64,000 nt of DNA from a virus. Taxonomy: Duplodnaviria; Caudoviricetes. The notes below the pieces were generated by a model. That model was given only the letters and a program-made list of their open reading frames with translations, searched no databases and was not told the origin of the DNA. The translations under genes and the position numbers were made by a program. Shown here piece by piece: positions 37,085 to 48,800 of this stretch; within the stretch, counting starts at the first letter, position 1, and the number at the start of each line of letters is the position of its first letter. The stretch lies in IMG/VR virus record IMGVR_UViG_3300047557_002530; one strand, 5' to 3'.

Positions 37085-37395
37085 TTCGTGATTAGGTGCT
37101 TTCCGTGCCATTGAATTACTTACAATCAATTGCTAAACATAAGAATCAAAAGTTCTTTCGTGTTTAGATAGATTTCGTATGGCTTTTTATAATATCAAAC
37201 AATCACTGAGATAACAACTCAAAGTTTGTTCGTGATTAGATAAGATTCGTACAGAGAATTTATATTTCACCACACTCATCAGAATGTCTTTAAGAATTCA
37301 TTCGTGATTAGATAAGATTCGTATTGATATTGATTCTGATAAACATTTACATGCATTTGTACTTGAAGATGATTCGTTTATAATCAGAGTTCGTT
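37085..37395. repeat. five-unit array with an exact 72-bp period (23-bp conserved block plus 49-bp variable segment)
   Basis: Blocks start at 37085, 37157, 37229, 37301, 37373; units 3 and 4 are identical TTCGTGATTAGATAAGATTCGTA. Confidence 0.8.
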
Positions 37396-37407
37396 GTAGG
37401 GAATAAC

Positions 37408-37436
37408 TTGACAGTCAATATAAGGTCTGGTAGAAT
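37408..37436 (+). promoter_or_regulatory. sigma70-type promoter
   Basis: TTGACA-N17-TAGAAT. Confidence 0.75.
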
Positions 37437-37469
37437 TAAGTCCGTAGAGTTTATTCGTTCTTCCGTCTT

Positions 37470-37643
37470 ATGGCAACTTCTTCTCTCACAGCACAGTCAC
37501 AAAAGAACAAGTATCGTATTACGTTAGAATTAAACGTGAATGAAGATTTTAATCCTCATCAGATTGATTGGAGTAAACTCTTTGATCTTGATCGTAACGA
37601 ACACGTTAAGAGTTACGTAGAAGATCTATCTACTCGCTGGTAA
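37470..37643 (+). CDS. small hypothetical protein (57 aa, not in the ORF track)
   Basis: MATSSLTAQSQKNKYRITLEL...; has its own promoter. Confidence 0.7.
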   Translation: MATSSLTAQSQKNKYRITLELNVNEDFNPHQIDWSKLFDLDRNEHVKSYVEDLSTRW

Positions 37644-38134
37644 TTATTAATACTTAATACCAGTAAGAAACATCGTCTTATAGATGTTTCGTTCATTCTT
37701 TATATACAGTGTTACCTAATAAGAATTAAGTTGTCTGATTATTCTTCTGATTTCGGGCAACTTAATTCTTTATTCTTATTATTATTCGTTGTTAATTGAC
37801 AGCAGTTAGTATAAAGAATAGGTAATTCTTATTATATAAGTAGACAATTTTCGTGCTACTAGTATAAACAATTCGTTGTTTTATTCTAATAGCACAGTGA
37901 TTGGGGGGGCAGTTAGTATAAAATAGACGAATAATAATAGTTATTCGTTGTCAGTTGTTTATTCGTGTTAGCAGTTATTTTAATTAATTGTTTATTGTTT
38001 ATATTTTGCGTTGCCCCCCGTTTATAAAAATCGATAAGTCCCTAACCTACAGTGTATGTCTTTTTCGATCTCTATATCACTCTCATAAAAAAAAAATTTC
38101 CCAGAAAAAAATAACCTCAAAAAGAGCAAATAAA

Positions 38135-38498
38135 ATGAAACAACGCCCATATTGGAGTTTCTGGAAAGTAGTCTTTGCTGGGTATCTGATACGTTATCCG
38201 GGGAAAATTCTGAAAATTTTTGGCGTTCCTCTTGGAATTCTACTAGTCATAATATATAATGCAGCGAACAAATAAAAATTTTCCGAAAAATTTTTTTATG
38301 AAAAATCAAGAAAAGATATATCACATATATGCAAAGGATAAGTGCATATATCACAGTCTTTCAGAGGAAAAATTTTCTGAGACCTGGGAGATGTTGCACA
38401 GGATGGTTGATTTGCTTGGGAAGGGCATTGAAAAAGATGATTTACAGTACGAATCTTTGTTTGTGAATAAAGAGGTCGTATTAAATTCTTCTCATTGA
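38135..38498 (+). other. small ORFs 38135-38275 (membrane) and 38298-38498
   Basis: Starts moved to the ATGs after A-rich leaders. Confidence 0.65.
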
Positions 38499-38547
38499 CA
38501 ATCGACTATATACAGTGTTAAAATTGAAATGAAGGTTTATTAACTTT

Positions 38548-39024
38548 ATGCTTTTGTTGGATAGATTTTATGACAAATTGCCAGATATTCTCGATGAAGA
38601 ATCTTGTTGGGAATGGAAAGGAGCAATAGATAGGTATGGATATGGTGCTTTTTCTATTGGAAAAAAGACAGTAAAAGCGCACAGGATATCATACGAAGTT
38701 TTCTATGCAGAACCACTGAATGATCTTTTATGCTTACATAAATGCGACAATCGTAGATGTGTAAATCCTCAACATCTATTTGCAGGAACAAATCTCGATA
38801 ATATGAGAGATAAAGTTCAGAAAAATAGATGTTATAGTGGAGACCAAAAGGGAGAAAATAATGGGGCATCAAAACTTACTGACAATCAGGTAAGAGAAAT
38901 TAGACAATTGTATAATTCTGGAAAATATACAAAATCAAAACTTGGAAAAATGTATAAAGTCCATCGAACTACAATTTATTATATTGTAAATAAAAAAACT
39001 TATAAGCCTATCTTGGAGGGTTAA
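38548..39024 (+). CDS. HNH homing endonuclease (His-Cys type) with a C-terminal helix-turn-helix
   Basis: CWEWKG..GYG..AHR.SY..CLHKCDNRRCVNPQHL..GT..DN; TTGACA-N18-TAAAAT upstream. Confidence 0.88.
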   Translation: MLLLDRFYDKLPDILDEESCWEWKGAIDRYGYGAFSIGKKTVKAHRISYEVFYAEPLNDLLCLHKCDNRRCVNPQHLFAGTNLDNMRDKVQKNRCYSGDQKGENNGASKLTDNQVREIRQLYNSGKYTKSKLGKMYKVHRTTIYYIVNKKTYKPILEG

Positions 39025-39028
39025 ATCA

Positions 39029-39793
39029 ATGGCCAAAGGATTTACAGTTAAAGCATCAGCACCCAAACCCCAAGAAGAATGGGATATTGATGGAATTAAA
39101 GAAAGAATGCGAGGTAAGAGTATTGTATTCTGTCTACCAGGACGAGGATGTTCTTTTATCTTTTTGAAGAATTTCGTACAACTGTGCTTTGATATGGTAC
39201 AGAATGGTATGAGTATTCAGATCTCACAAGACTATAGTTCAATGGTAAACTTTGCTCGTTGTAAAGTTCTTGGAGCAAATGTTTTGAGAGGACCAAAGCA
39301 GATTCCTTGGGATGGAAAACTGCAGTATGATTATCAACTTTGGATTGATAGTGACATTGTTTTTGACACGAACAAGTTCTGGCAACTCTGTGATCTTGCT
39401 CTCAATGCGGAAGGTGAGGAGAAGGAAATCGTCGCAGGTTGGTACGCTACTGAGGACGGTCACACAACTTCTGTCGCACATTGGTTGGAAGAAGATGATT
39501 TCCGTAAGAATGGCGGAGTCATGAACCACGAAACTGTGGAATCAATCAGCAAGCGTCGTAAGCCATTCACTGTAGATTACACAGGTTTTGGTTGGGTACT
39601 TATTAAGAAAGGTGTATTTGAAAATCTTGAATACCCTTGGTTTGCTCCTAAGATGCAAGTCTTTGATTCTGGCAAAGTACAAGATATGTGCGGTGAGGAC
39701 GTTTCATTCTGTCTTGATGCTAAAGAGGCAGGCTTTGAAGTTTGGTGCGACCCTCGTATTAGAGTCGGTCATGAGAAAACTCGTATTATCTAA
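39029..39793 (+). CDS. glycosyltransferase-like protein (GT-A fold)
   Basis: WIDSDIVF DxD motif, TGFGWVLIK, GEDVSFC, VGHEK. Confidence 0.75.
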   Translation: MAKGFTVKASAPKPQEEWDIDGIKERMRGKSIVFCLPGRGCSFIFLKNFVQLCFDMVQNGMSIQISQDYSSMVNFARCKVLGANVLRGPKQIPWDGKLQYDYQLWIDSDIVFDTNKFWQLCDLALNAEGEEKEIVAGWYATEDGHTTSVAHWLEEDDFRKNGGVMNHETVESISKRRKPFTVDYTGFGWVLIKKGVFENLEYPWFAPKMQVFDSGKVQDMCGEDVSFCLDAKEAGFEVWCDPRIRVGHEKTRII

Positions 39794-40517
39794 TGAATAA
39801 ACTCTACAATCTTTCTTATAAAGGTCGTACAATTTATAAAGATCTCAGTGCAGAAGACTGTGCTGAGATTCTTCAAGATCTCTCAGAGCGTTTTTACTCG
39901 GGAGAAGACATTGATCCTAATTTAATTGAAATGGAGGAAATTACAAATGGCTAAAGGCGGTGGATCTAATAAGACTATTTTTGAACCTGGCGCACCCAAG
40001 AAAACACGTCAAGGACGTTCGCCACGTACATTGCTAAGTGCAACTTCTCGTAATGGACGTAAGAAAAAGTATCGCGGTCAAGGAAAATAAAATAAAATGA
40101 TTCAACTTAATCCTCAAATCCCAGTCTTTACCCCAAAAGGTAAAGGTTGGGCTTTTTTTGTAATCGATCGTTCGCAGGAACATGATCTTGAGTGGGTTGT
40201 CTTTCTAGATAGTAATGGAGAATGTTGGACTTTTAGGAATTCTGACATTCGCATTCAGAAAAATTATACTTTAAATCGCCATAATACAAATATTTTTGAT
40301 AAATCGGGATAGAAACCCCGTAAAAAGTTCTGATTTTCAGTAATCAGGAGCAAAAATGGACCAAAAAATGCTTAGAGAGATCGCAAATGACGATTTAAAC
40401 CCAAAAAAACACGATTTTTATCACCAAAATGAAATTCATGAAAAAATTCGCAATGATGAAGACTATGATGATTGGGAATATGGGACAGAACCCCTCTATG
40501 AATCAAAAAATCGTTAA
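39793..40517 (+). other. small ORFs 39793-39954, 39947-40090 (very basic), 40097-40312, 40356-40517
   Basis: Coupled ORFs before the baseplate operon. Confidence 0.65.
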
Positions 40518-40523
40518 TAAATA
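40517..40523 (+). promoter_or_regulatory. T4-type late promoter
   Basis: ATAAATA upstream of gp25; further copies at 55363 (gp8) and 62631. Confidence 0.75.
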
Positions 40524-40554
40524 AGTTAGATTATTAAAATTATCATCATTTCTT

Positions 40555-40956
40555 ATGCCTTCTGAAAGGATAAGCAAAGCATTTAAAGATATTAGTTTAT
40601 CCTTTCAGGTTAATCCCCTGAATTATGACTTGATTGCGATCAAAAATGAGACTGCTATCGCACGTTCTATACGTAATTTAGTTTTGACTCAACCAGGAGA
40701 GAGATTTTTTAATCAAAATCTTGGTTCTAAGGTAAATCAGTCTCTTTTTGAAAATATTGATGATATTAGTGCTTCTATACTTCGCGATGAAATCAGAAAC
40801 ACTATTGAAAATTATGAACCAAGAGTTGATTTAATAGATGTTGTAGTCACCCCAAATTATGATGATTACGAATTTAGCGTAAATGTTAGTTATTACATAG
40901 TTGGTGTTGATGTATTACCACAACAGTTAACATTTGCATTACAACCAACACGATAA
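40555..40956 (+). CDS. gp25: baseplate wedge subunit gp25
   Basis: SIRNLVLT.PGER.F...GS, IENYEPRV; directly upstream of gp6. Confidence 0.92.
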   Translation: MPSERISKAFKDISLSFQVNPLNYDLIAIKNETAIARSIRNLVLTQPGERFFNQNLGSKVNQSLFENIDDISASILRDEIRNTIENYEPRVDLIDVVVTPNYDDYEFSVNVSYYIVGVDVLPQQLTFALQPTR

Positions 40957-42867
40957 ATGGCACTAGTTAATTTCACAAACCTAGATTTCGATCAAATCAA
41001 AACTTCGATTAGAGATTATCTCAGATCGAACTCAAATTTTACTGATTATGATTTTGAAGGATCTAATCTTTCTATAATCTTAGATATTCTAGCGTATAAT
41101 ACATATATTTCCTCATACAATGCTAACATGGTTAGCAATGAGGTTTTTATTGATAGTGCCACACTCAGGGAAAATGTTGTTTCCATTGCAAGAAGCATTG
41201 GGTACACTCCAAGATCAAGAACAGCATCAAAAGCAAACGTTTCTTTCTTTGTAGATACTTCTACAGCACCTTCTCCACAAAAACCTCTTACATTAACCTT
41301 AAAGAAAGGAATTGTATCCACTACTTCTGGATCATTTAGTGGAGTAAGTTATGTTTACTCTATTCCAGATGATATAACTGTTCCTGTTATTAATGGAATT
41401 GCTGATTTTAGTAATATCACAATCTATGAAGGAACTTATATTACAGAAACCTATACGGTAAATTCATTAGATCCAAATCAAAGATTTATTTTAAACAACG
41501 CAAACATAGATTCTTCTCTTATTCGCGTTGAAGTTAGGGATGGTTCTCTTGGACCAAGAAAGAAATATATCCAATCAAACAATATTTTAGACATTAACTC
41601 CGAATCAAGAATTTTCTTCATTCAGGAAATTGAAGATCAAAGATATGAGATTATATTTGGAGATGGTATTTTTGGTAAAAAATTAATTAATGAAAATATT
41701 GTCGAAGTTTCATATGTGATTACAAATGGAGAATCCGCAAACGGAGTTTCTTCTTTTGTTTTTAATGGAACTATTGTAGATAATAACAACTTTGATGTTA
41801 CGAGTGGTATTTCACTCATATCAACCAATATTGCAGCAAGTGGTGGTAAGGAGATAGAATCTGTAGACTCTATTAAGAAATATGCAACTAGAATTTATGC
41901 AGCACAAAATAGAGCAGTAACTTCAAGTGACTATGAGGCAATCATTCCTCAAATATATCCAGAAGCAGAATCGGTTTCTGTATTTGGCGGAGAAGATTTG
42001 GATCCACCGCAATACGGAAAAGTTTTTATTACAATTAAACCAGAAGGTGGTTTCTTTGTTTCCAATGGCGTTAAAGATAATATAAAGAGTGCTCTTAAGA
42101 AGTACTCTGTGGCAGGTATTGTTCCTGAAATATTAGATTTAAAATATCTCTCTATTGAAATTGATAGTACAATATATTACAACAATAATAATGCACCATC
42201 TTCAGATTATGTTTCAAGTGTTGTAAGTAATAACGTACAAAAATATGCCAACTCTTCAGAATTAAACAAGTATGGTGCAAGGTTCAAATATAGTAAGTTT
42301 TTAAGAATTATTGATGATAGTCACGAATCAATAACTTCTAATATAACAACAGTTCAGATGAGACGTGATTTAAAACCAGTGTTAAATAGTTTAGCAACAT
42401 ATGAAATTTGTTTTGGAAATCAGTTCCACATCAAAAATAATGATGGATTTAATATAAAATCATCTGGGTTTTATATTAATGGTATTGAAGATCCTGTTTA
42501 TTTGACTGATGTGCCCGATGTAAATGGAATAACTGGCATCATTAACATTTTTAGATTGAATTCTGCAGATCAATACAAAATTATAGTTGCCAATGCAGGA
42601 ACTATCAATTATGTAAAAGGTGAAATTAATTTAGATGCCATCAATATTTTACAAACTGTTAAAAATGATGGCGAACCAATCATAGAAATTTCTGCAATTC
42701 CAGAATCTAATGATATTATTGGACTACAAGATCTTTATTTAAATCTCAACATTAGTGATGTTAGTTTGGAGATTTTACCTGACAAAATTTCATCTGGAGA
42801 TGATCCTTCAGGATCTACATATACAAAAACAACAAGTTACAGTAATGGTTCTATTATAAGAGAATAA
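40957..42867 (+). CDS. gp6: baseplate wedge subunit gp6
   Basis: LDFDQIK...FTDYDFEGS..ILDILAYNT...NE.F.DSA.LRENVVS; AQNRAVT..DYE. Confidence 0.93.
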   Translation: MALVNFTNLDFDQIKTSIRDYLRSNSNFTDYDFEGSNLSIILDILAYNTYISSYNANMVSNEVFIDSATLRENVVSIARSIGYTPRSRTASKANVSFFVDTSTAPSPQKPLTLTLKKGIVSTTSGSFSGVSYVYSIPDDITVPVINGIADFSNITIYEGTYITETYTVNSLDPNQRFILNNANIDSSLIRVEVRDGSLGPRKKYIQSNNILDINSESRIFFIQEIEDQRYEIIFGDGIFGKKLINENIVEVSYVITNGESANGVSSFVFNGTIVDNNNFDVTSGISLISTNIAASGGKEIESVDSIKKYATRIYAAQNRAVTSSDYEAIIPQIYPEAESVSVFGGEDLDPPQYGKVFITIKPEGGFFVSNGVKDNIKSALKKYSVAGIVPEILDLKYLSIEIDSTIYYNNNNAPSSDYVSSVVSNNVQKYANSSELNKYGARFKYSKFLRIIDDSHESITSNITTVQMRRDLKPVLNSLATYEICFGNQFHIKNNDGFNIKSSGFYINGIEDPVYLTDVPDVNGITGIINIFRLNSADQYKIIVANAGTINYVKGEINLDAINILQTVKNDGEPIIEISAIPESNDIIGLQDLYLNLNISDVSLEILPDKISSGDDPSGSTYTKTTSYSNGSIIRE

Positions 42868-42868
42868 T

Positions 42869-45800
42869 ATGTCAAATACAAGAGTCAAAATTGGTTCAAT
42901 TGTACAAAACCAACTTCCAGATTTTGTACAGGAAGAATATCCCCTTGTAGGTGAATTTTTAAAGGAATATTATAATTCTCTAGAAGGAAAAGGAGGGACA
43001 CTTGATGTTCTTCAAAATATTGATCAGTATTTAAAACTCGAAAATCTGACAGAAACCCTCTTTAGTAGAACAGTAACGGCAAAACCAACCTCACCACAAT
43101 CATACTTTGCGGTAAGTGGAGGATTTTCTATTGAGGATCTTATAGTATATAAAAATGGGACAAAGTTAACCAAAAATATTGACTACATTACAGTACAGTC
43201 AACTGCAGTTAGTTTAGCGCAGCCAGCAGTCAATGGAGATATAATTGAATTTGTAGTTCAAAGTCCATCCTCAACATTTTTAACTAGTAATGCTGATTTT
43301 ATAGACTCTACAATTAATGTTGCATCAACTTATGGATTCCCAGAAACAAATGGAATAATAAGAATTGATTCGGAAATTATTCTTTATGGCGGAAAAACTA
43401 ATACCTCATTTACTAATTGCACTAGAGGATTTAGTGGAATAACATCTTATAGATCAGAAAATCAACCAGAACAATTAGTATTTTCTACTTCTGAAATATC
43501 AACACATTCTAGCAATTCTCGCGTAGAAAACTTAAGTTCTCTATTGCTAAGAGAATTTTTAACTAAACTAAAAAAACAGTTAATTCCTGGTTTTGAAAAT
43601 AGGCAATTTACTGATGGATTAAATGAAAAGATTTTTATAAAGCAAGCAAAAGATTTTTATAGTTCAAAAGGAACAGACGACTCATATAAAGTTATTTTTA
43701 AAGCTCTTTTTGGCGAGTCCGTAAATGTTTTAAAACCAAGAGATTTTCTTTTAAAACCTTCAGACGCAAAATATAGAATTACTAGAGATTTAGTAGTAGA
43801 ATCTATTTCTGGTGATCCCACATCTATGGTAAATCGTACCATATATCAAGATGCGGATAGTTCTTTCGACAAAGCATATGGAACTGTAACCAATGTAGAA
43901 AAAATTCAAAGAGCAAATAAGACGTACTATGTGTTGAGTTTAGATAGTGATTATAACAAAGACCTTACTGTTGAGGGGACAGTCTTTGGTGATTTTACAA
44001 TCCATGCTTCAACAAAATTAACTACAAAAGTACCTATCAACAGTCAAGTTTTGGATGTAGACTCAACGATAGGATTCCCTTTGTCAGGAACTATAGTCTA
44101 TAACGTAAATGGAGCAGAATATACAAGCAATTATTTTAATTCAAATCTAACCCAATTTATACTAACTGGAGAAACCTCCGTAGAAATACCAAAAGGAACT
44201 GATATAAAAATAAATGCCTTTGCATATTCTAAAGTTGGAGATGAGACGGTAAAAGTAAGGGTTACTGGAGTATTGTCTGACGTATCCTATGACAAAGACA
44301 CCTATCTTATGTCAAAAGGAGATCCCCTAAAAACAGTTACACTGGGATATAAGGGGTCTAATGAATTATCAAATAACTGGATATTTAATTTAGCAAATAA
44401 ATTTAATATCCAGGAGATTAAAGGACCAAATTCGTCAAATCCAACCTTAAATGTATTTTCATATGAGTTCATAACTTATGATCCTCATACATTTTATCTT
44501 GGAGATACTTTAAATTTAATCTCCTCAGATGGAAATAGTTTTACATACAAAGTTGTTAGAGTCAATAATGATAGATCTATAAGTGTTGAAGGTCCAAGAA
44601 TAACTAACTTGAATTTGAAGTACATCGCTGAAAGAACTATCGTAAAACCAAAGTTCTCTAACTTTAGTTCTGTAAATCAATATACAGCAAATGTCCAGAA
44701 TGTTTATGTGCGAAATCAAGAGGATGTTTATGTAACAGCAAATTCTTTGCCAAATTATTTGGACGAAAGTATTGAATTAAAAACTACAGATATTGTTTTT
44801 TCTGGTATTTTTAACGGAGAAACTTTAGACCTAAGTTCAGGAAATCCTAATAATTATCATGGACTTTACACTGGTGATTCCATAACTTATGTCGATCCTT
44901 TTAATACTGCAAATTCTCTAGGAATACTGGCAAAAATATATTATGTAGAAAAAATTGATGATTTAAAAATAAAATTATCAAATAGTAGATCGAACTTATT
45001 CAATAAAAAGTATGTTTCAATTTCTGGTCCAGTAACTGTAACTAATAATATTTTTAGAAAAACAAGTTTACAATTTTTAGAATTTTCTCCTCAAAGTTAT
45101 ATTAAAAATATAACAACACCATTACCGGCAAATAATGAAGATAACACAGAAACTCCATCTGGTCCAATTGGAATATTCCTTAATGGTGTAGAAGCTTTCG
45201 GATATAAATCTGAGGATAAAGTTTATTATGGAGGAATTCAGCAAATTAATGTACTTGATGGAGGAGTTGACTATGATGTAATTACTCCTCCAGAAATTTC
45301 AATTTATGATAGTAAAGGATCTAATGCAAAAGCATACGTTCATGTTGAAGGATCTTTGGATAGGATCGATGTCCTTGATGGTGGATTCGATTATCTAGAA
45401 GATCCTATAATTACCATCTCTGGCGGAAATGGTGTTGGAGCAATAGCAAAACCAAACTTTACTAATGTAAGGCATAGAGTTTCTTTTAATGCAATAGAAT
45501 CTGCTGGGTTTGTGAATCTATCTACAAACACAATTGGGTTTTCTTCTTATCATAAATTTAGAGATTATGAAAAGGTTTCATATTTAACTGAAGGGCAAAC
45601 ATCCGTTGGCGGGATAACAACAAACGCCCAATATTATGTAAACGTCCAGAACACATATGATGTAAAATTACATAAAACTTTAAATGATGCAGTTTCTGGT
45701 ATTAATACTGTAGATTTAACATCGTATGGTGTTGGTATTCATATTTTAGAATCATTTACATCTAAAAGAATCATTTCAAGTTTTAGTGTTTTAGATAGTG

Positions 45801-48800
45801 GTTCTGGATACTCGAATAAAAAAATTTCATGTTCCTCCTCAGGAATTAACACTGCATCAAACACTGTTAATATTATAAATCATGGATATAAAACCGGAGA
45901 AATTGTAAAATATACTTCGACTGGTTCTGCAATTGGAGGATTATCAAATAATGAATCATATTACGTTGTTAAAGTAAACGATAATCAGTTTAAACTTTCT
46001 CAAGTAGGAATTGCAACAACCAATAAAGATTTTTATCTTAAGACAAACCAAACAGTAAATTTAACATCTATCGGATCATCATCCCATATTTTCAATTATC
46101 CTGAAATTATTGTATCAGTAAAAGGAAAAATTGGAGTTTCTACACTGACGGGACAAGATTTTAATGCAAAAGTCCAACCCGTTTTCAGGGGATCTATTAA
46201 TAAAGTATTTGTCTATGACACTGGAGTTGGATATGGATCTTCGGAAATTATCAATTATGAGAGACAACCAACAGTTGTTTTAGGGATAGGTTCTCAAGCT
46301 CAATTATCTCCAATTGTAAACAACGGACAAATAAAACAAGTTCTAGTTTTAAATGGAGGAAGTAATTACACTTCCTCACCAACTATTAATGTCATAGGTA
46401 TTGGAACTGCTGCGATTTTAACTCCAATCATTAGTAATGGAAAAATAGTTGAAGTTAAAGTTGTAAACGGTGGAGTCGGATTTAGTACCATAGGAACATC
46501 TTTGGAAGTAATTTCTGCAGGTAGAAATTTTAAATCAGAATGCAAAATAAAACCCTGGATTATTAACAAAATAGAGAAAAATTTAAATTCTAACAGAATA
46601 ACAGATGATGATGGTCTTATTGACAAATCATCTTATACAAATAATGGATTACAGTATTGTCACGTTTATGCTCCAAGAAAACTGAGAAGAACTGTCTTTG
46701 GTATAGATTATGTAAATGGTAGAAAAGTTTTTATCCCAGACTTAAATATCAGTGGAAACAGAGAGGTAAATTCTACAGTACACTCCCCTATAATTGGATG
46801 GGCCTATGATGGAAATCCAATTTATGGACCATATGGATACTCATCTCCATCTGGCGGAACTGTTAGGGAAATGGTATCTGGATACATCTCTCAAGTTTCT
46901 TCCGATAGACCAGATCCAATATCATCATCGGGTCAAAAAATTTATCCAGAAGGATTTTTTGTAGATGATTATCAGTTTAATAATTCTGGAGATTTAGACG
47001 AACATAATGGAAGATTTTGCGTAACTCCAGAATTTCCAAATGGAATTTATGCATATTTTGCAACCATTAACAATGGTTCTACAGAAACATCTGGCATATT
47101 CAAAAACTATAAAAAACCAACTTTTCCTTATTTAATTGGAAACACTTTTAAATCTACCCCTAACCAATTTAATTATAATAGAGAATTAACAGATCAAAAG
47201 ACTTTTCCCTTCGAAACAAGCAATTTACTCAGAAACACAAAGCCTTACAATTTAACAAGTGGAAATTCTCAATATGATTTTGTGTTTAATCCATTAAAAG
47301 TAAAAGAGCCTGCTGTAAAAGTAAAATCAATTCTTTTATCTGGACTGGATGATATTGGAATTACTACTGGTGGTAATGGTTATAAGATTGGGGATAAAGT
47401 TATATTCAATAACACAAATACTAGTGGTTCTGATGCATATGTTGAGGTTTCATATCTGAAAGGAAAAGAAATCAATTCCATAAGTTTTGCATCAACTTTT
47501 GCACAAAATGTTGAATTTTATCCATTAAATTCAACAGGGAAGTTTATTGGATTCTGCTCTAATCCACACAGTCTCGTAAATAAAGATATTATATCGATTT
47601 CTGGACTTAATACTTCAGTAAGTTCTTTCAATGAGTTTTTCCAAGTCGGTGTTAGGTCCGACACACTTGCTCTTTCTGGACCTGTCGGTAACTCAACTGC
47701 CACTGGAATCATTACTTATTTTAATGTAAGTGGATCTTTAGAGTTTCCAAATATAAGAGAAAATGACGTTTACCACATTGAAAATGAAAAAGTAAAGATT
47801 TTATCCATTGACAAATTATCTTCTAGAGTAAAGGTTTTGAGATCTTATGAATCTACTTCAGGATCCGCACACACTGCTTCTACAGTTTTATATGAAAAGA
47901 CCAGGAAGTTTACTTTTGATAACTCAAAAGGTGTAAATATAAACTATAACTTAAATAGAGAAATATATTTTAATCCATCAGAATCCGTTTCCCTAGGAAC
48001 ATCTACAGGTGTTGGAGCAGGTTCAACTTTATATTTTTCAAACCCAGGAGCAGGAATCACAATTGTCTTTGTCCCAACAAAGACAATTTACTTACCATCA
48101 CATAAATTAGAAACTGGAGAAGAGTTGACTTATACGAGTAATGGTGGATCTCCACTGTTTGTTTCTGATGATGGGGTAAGTAGTTTTCAGTTATCAGATA
48201 ATCAATCAGTTTATGTTGCTAAAGTTTCTGATGATTTGATTGGAATTTCTACAAATAAAGTTGGTTTAGGGTCTACTGGATCTTTTGTTGGAATTGACAG
48301 TAGTATTACGACTTCTACATTATTCTTTACAAATCTTGGATCTGGAGTCAACCATAGTTTCAAAACCAATTATTCAAATGTTTTAACAGGAGAGTTTGTA
48401 AGGAATACAGTCACAGTTTCTACTGCATCAACTCACGGATTAAAACCGGATGATTTGGTTTATCTGGATGTTCTTCCTGGAATCACAACTACTGTTGTTG
48501 TAAAATATAATGACAAGAACAGAAGATTAGTAATTAATCCAAAATCCTTTGCAGCATCTGATGTTAGTATTACAAATAATACTATTACTATTCCAAATCA
48601 TGAATATGCAACTGGCGAAAAAGTAATTTACAATGCAACTGTTGCAATTGGTGGACTAACAAATGACGACATCTACTATATCGTCAGATTTAATAAAGAC
48701 ACGATCAAACTAGCATCAAGTTATTATAATGCAACTAAAGATATTCCAGAAATAATTGATTTTACAAGTGCTTCTTCAGGAACACTATCTTTAATTAATC

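Noticed and set aside
37085-37395. Calling the 72-bp array a CRISPR or TIGR array
   Set aside because: Only two of five repeats are identical, there are no typical CRISPR ends or palindrome, the intervals are weakly similar to each other, there is no 36-nt box C/D-like pattern, and no cas or Nop-domain gene is visible. Kept as an unexplained repeat.
37988-38275. 95-aa ORF from the track start
   Set aside because: The upstream part is low-complexity non-coding sequence; ATG 38135 gives a more plausible 46-aa membrane peptide.
38490-38548. Third copy of the sRNA cassette before the HNH at 38548
   Set aside because: No TAAATA pair, terminator or complementary seed; it has a sigma70-type promoter instead.
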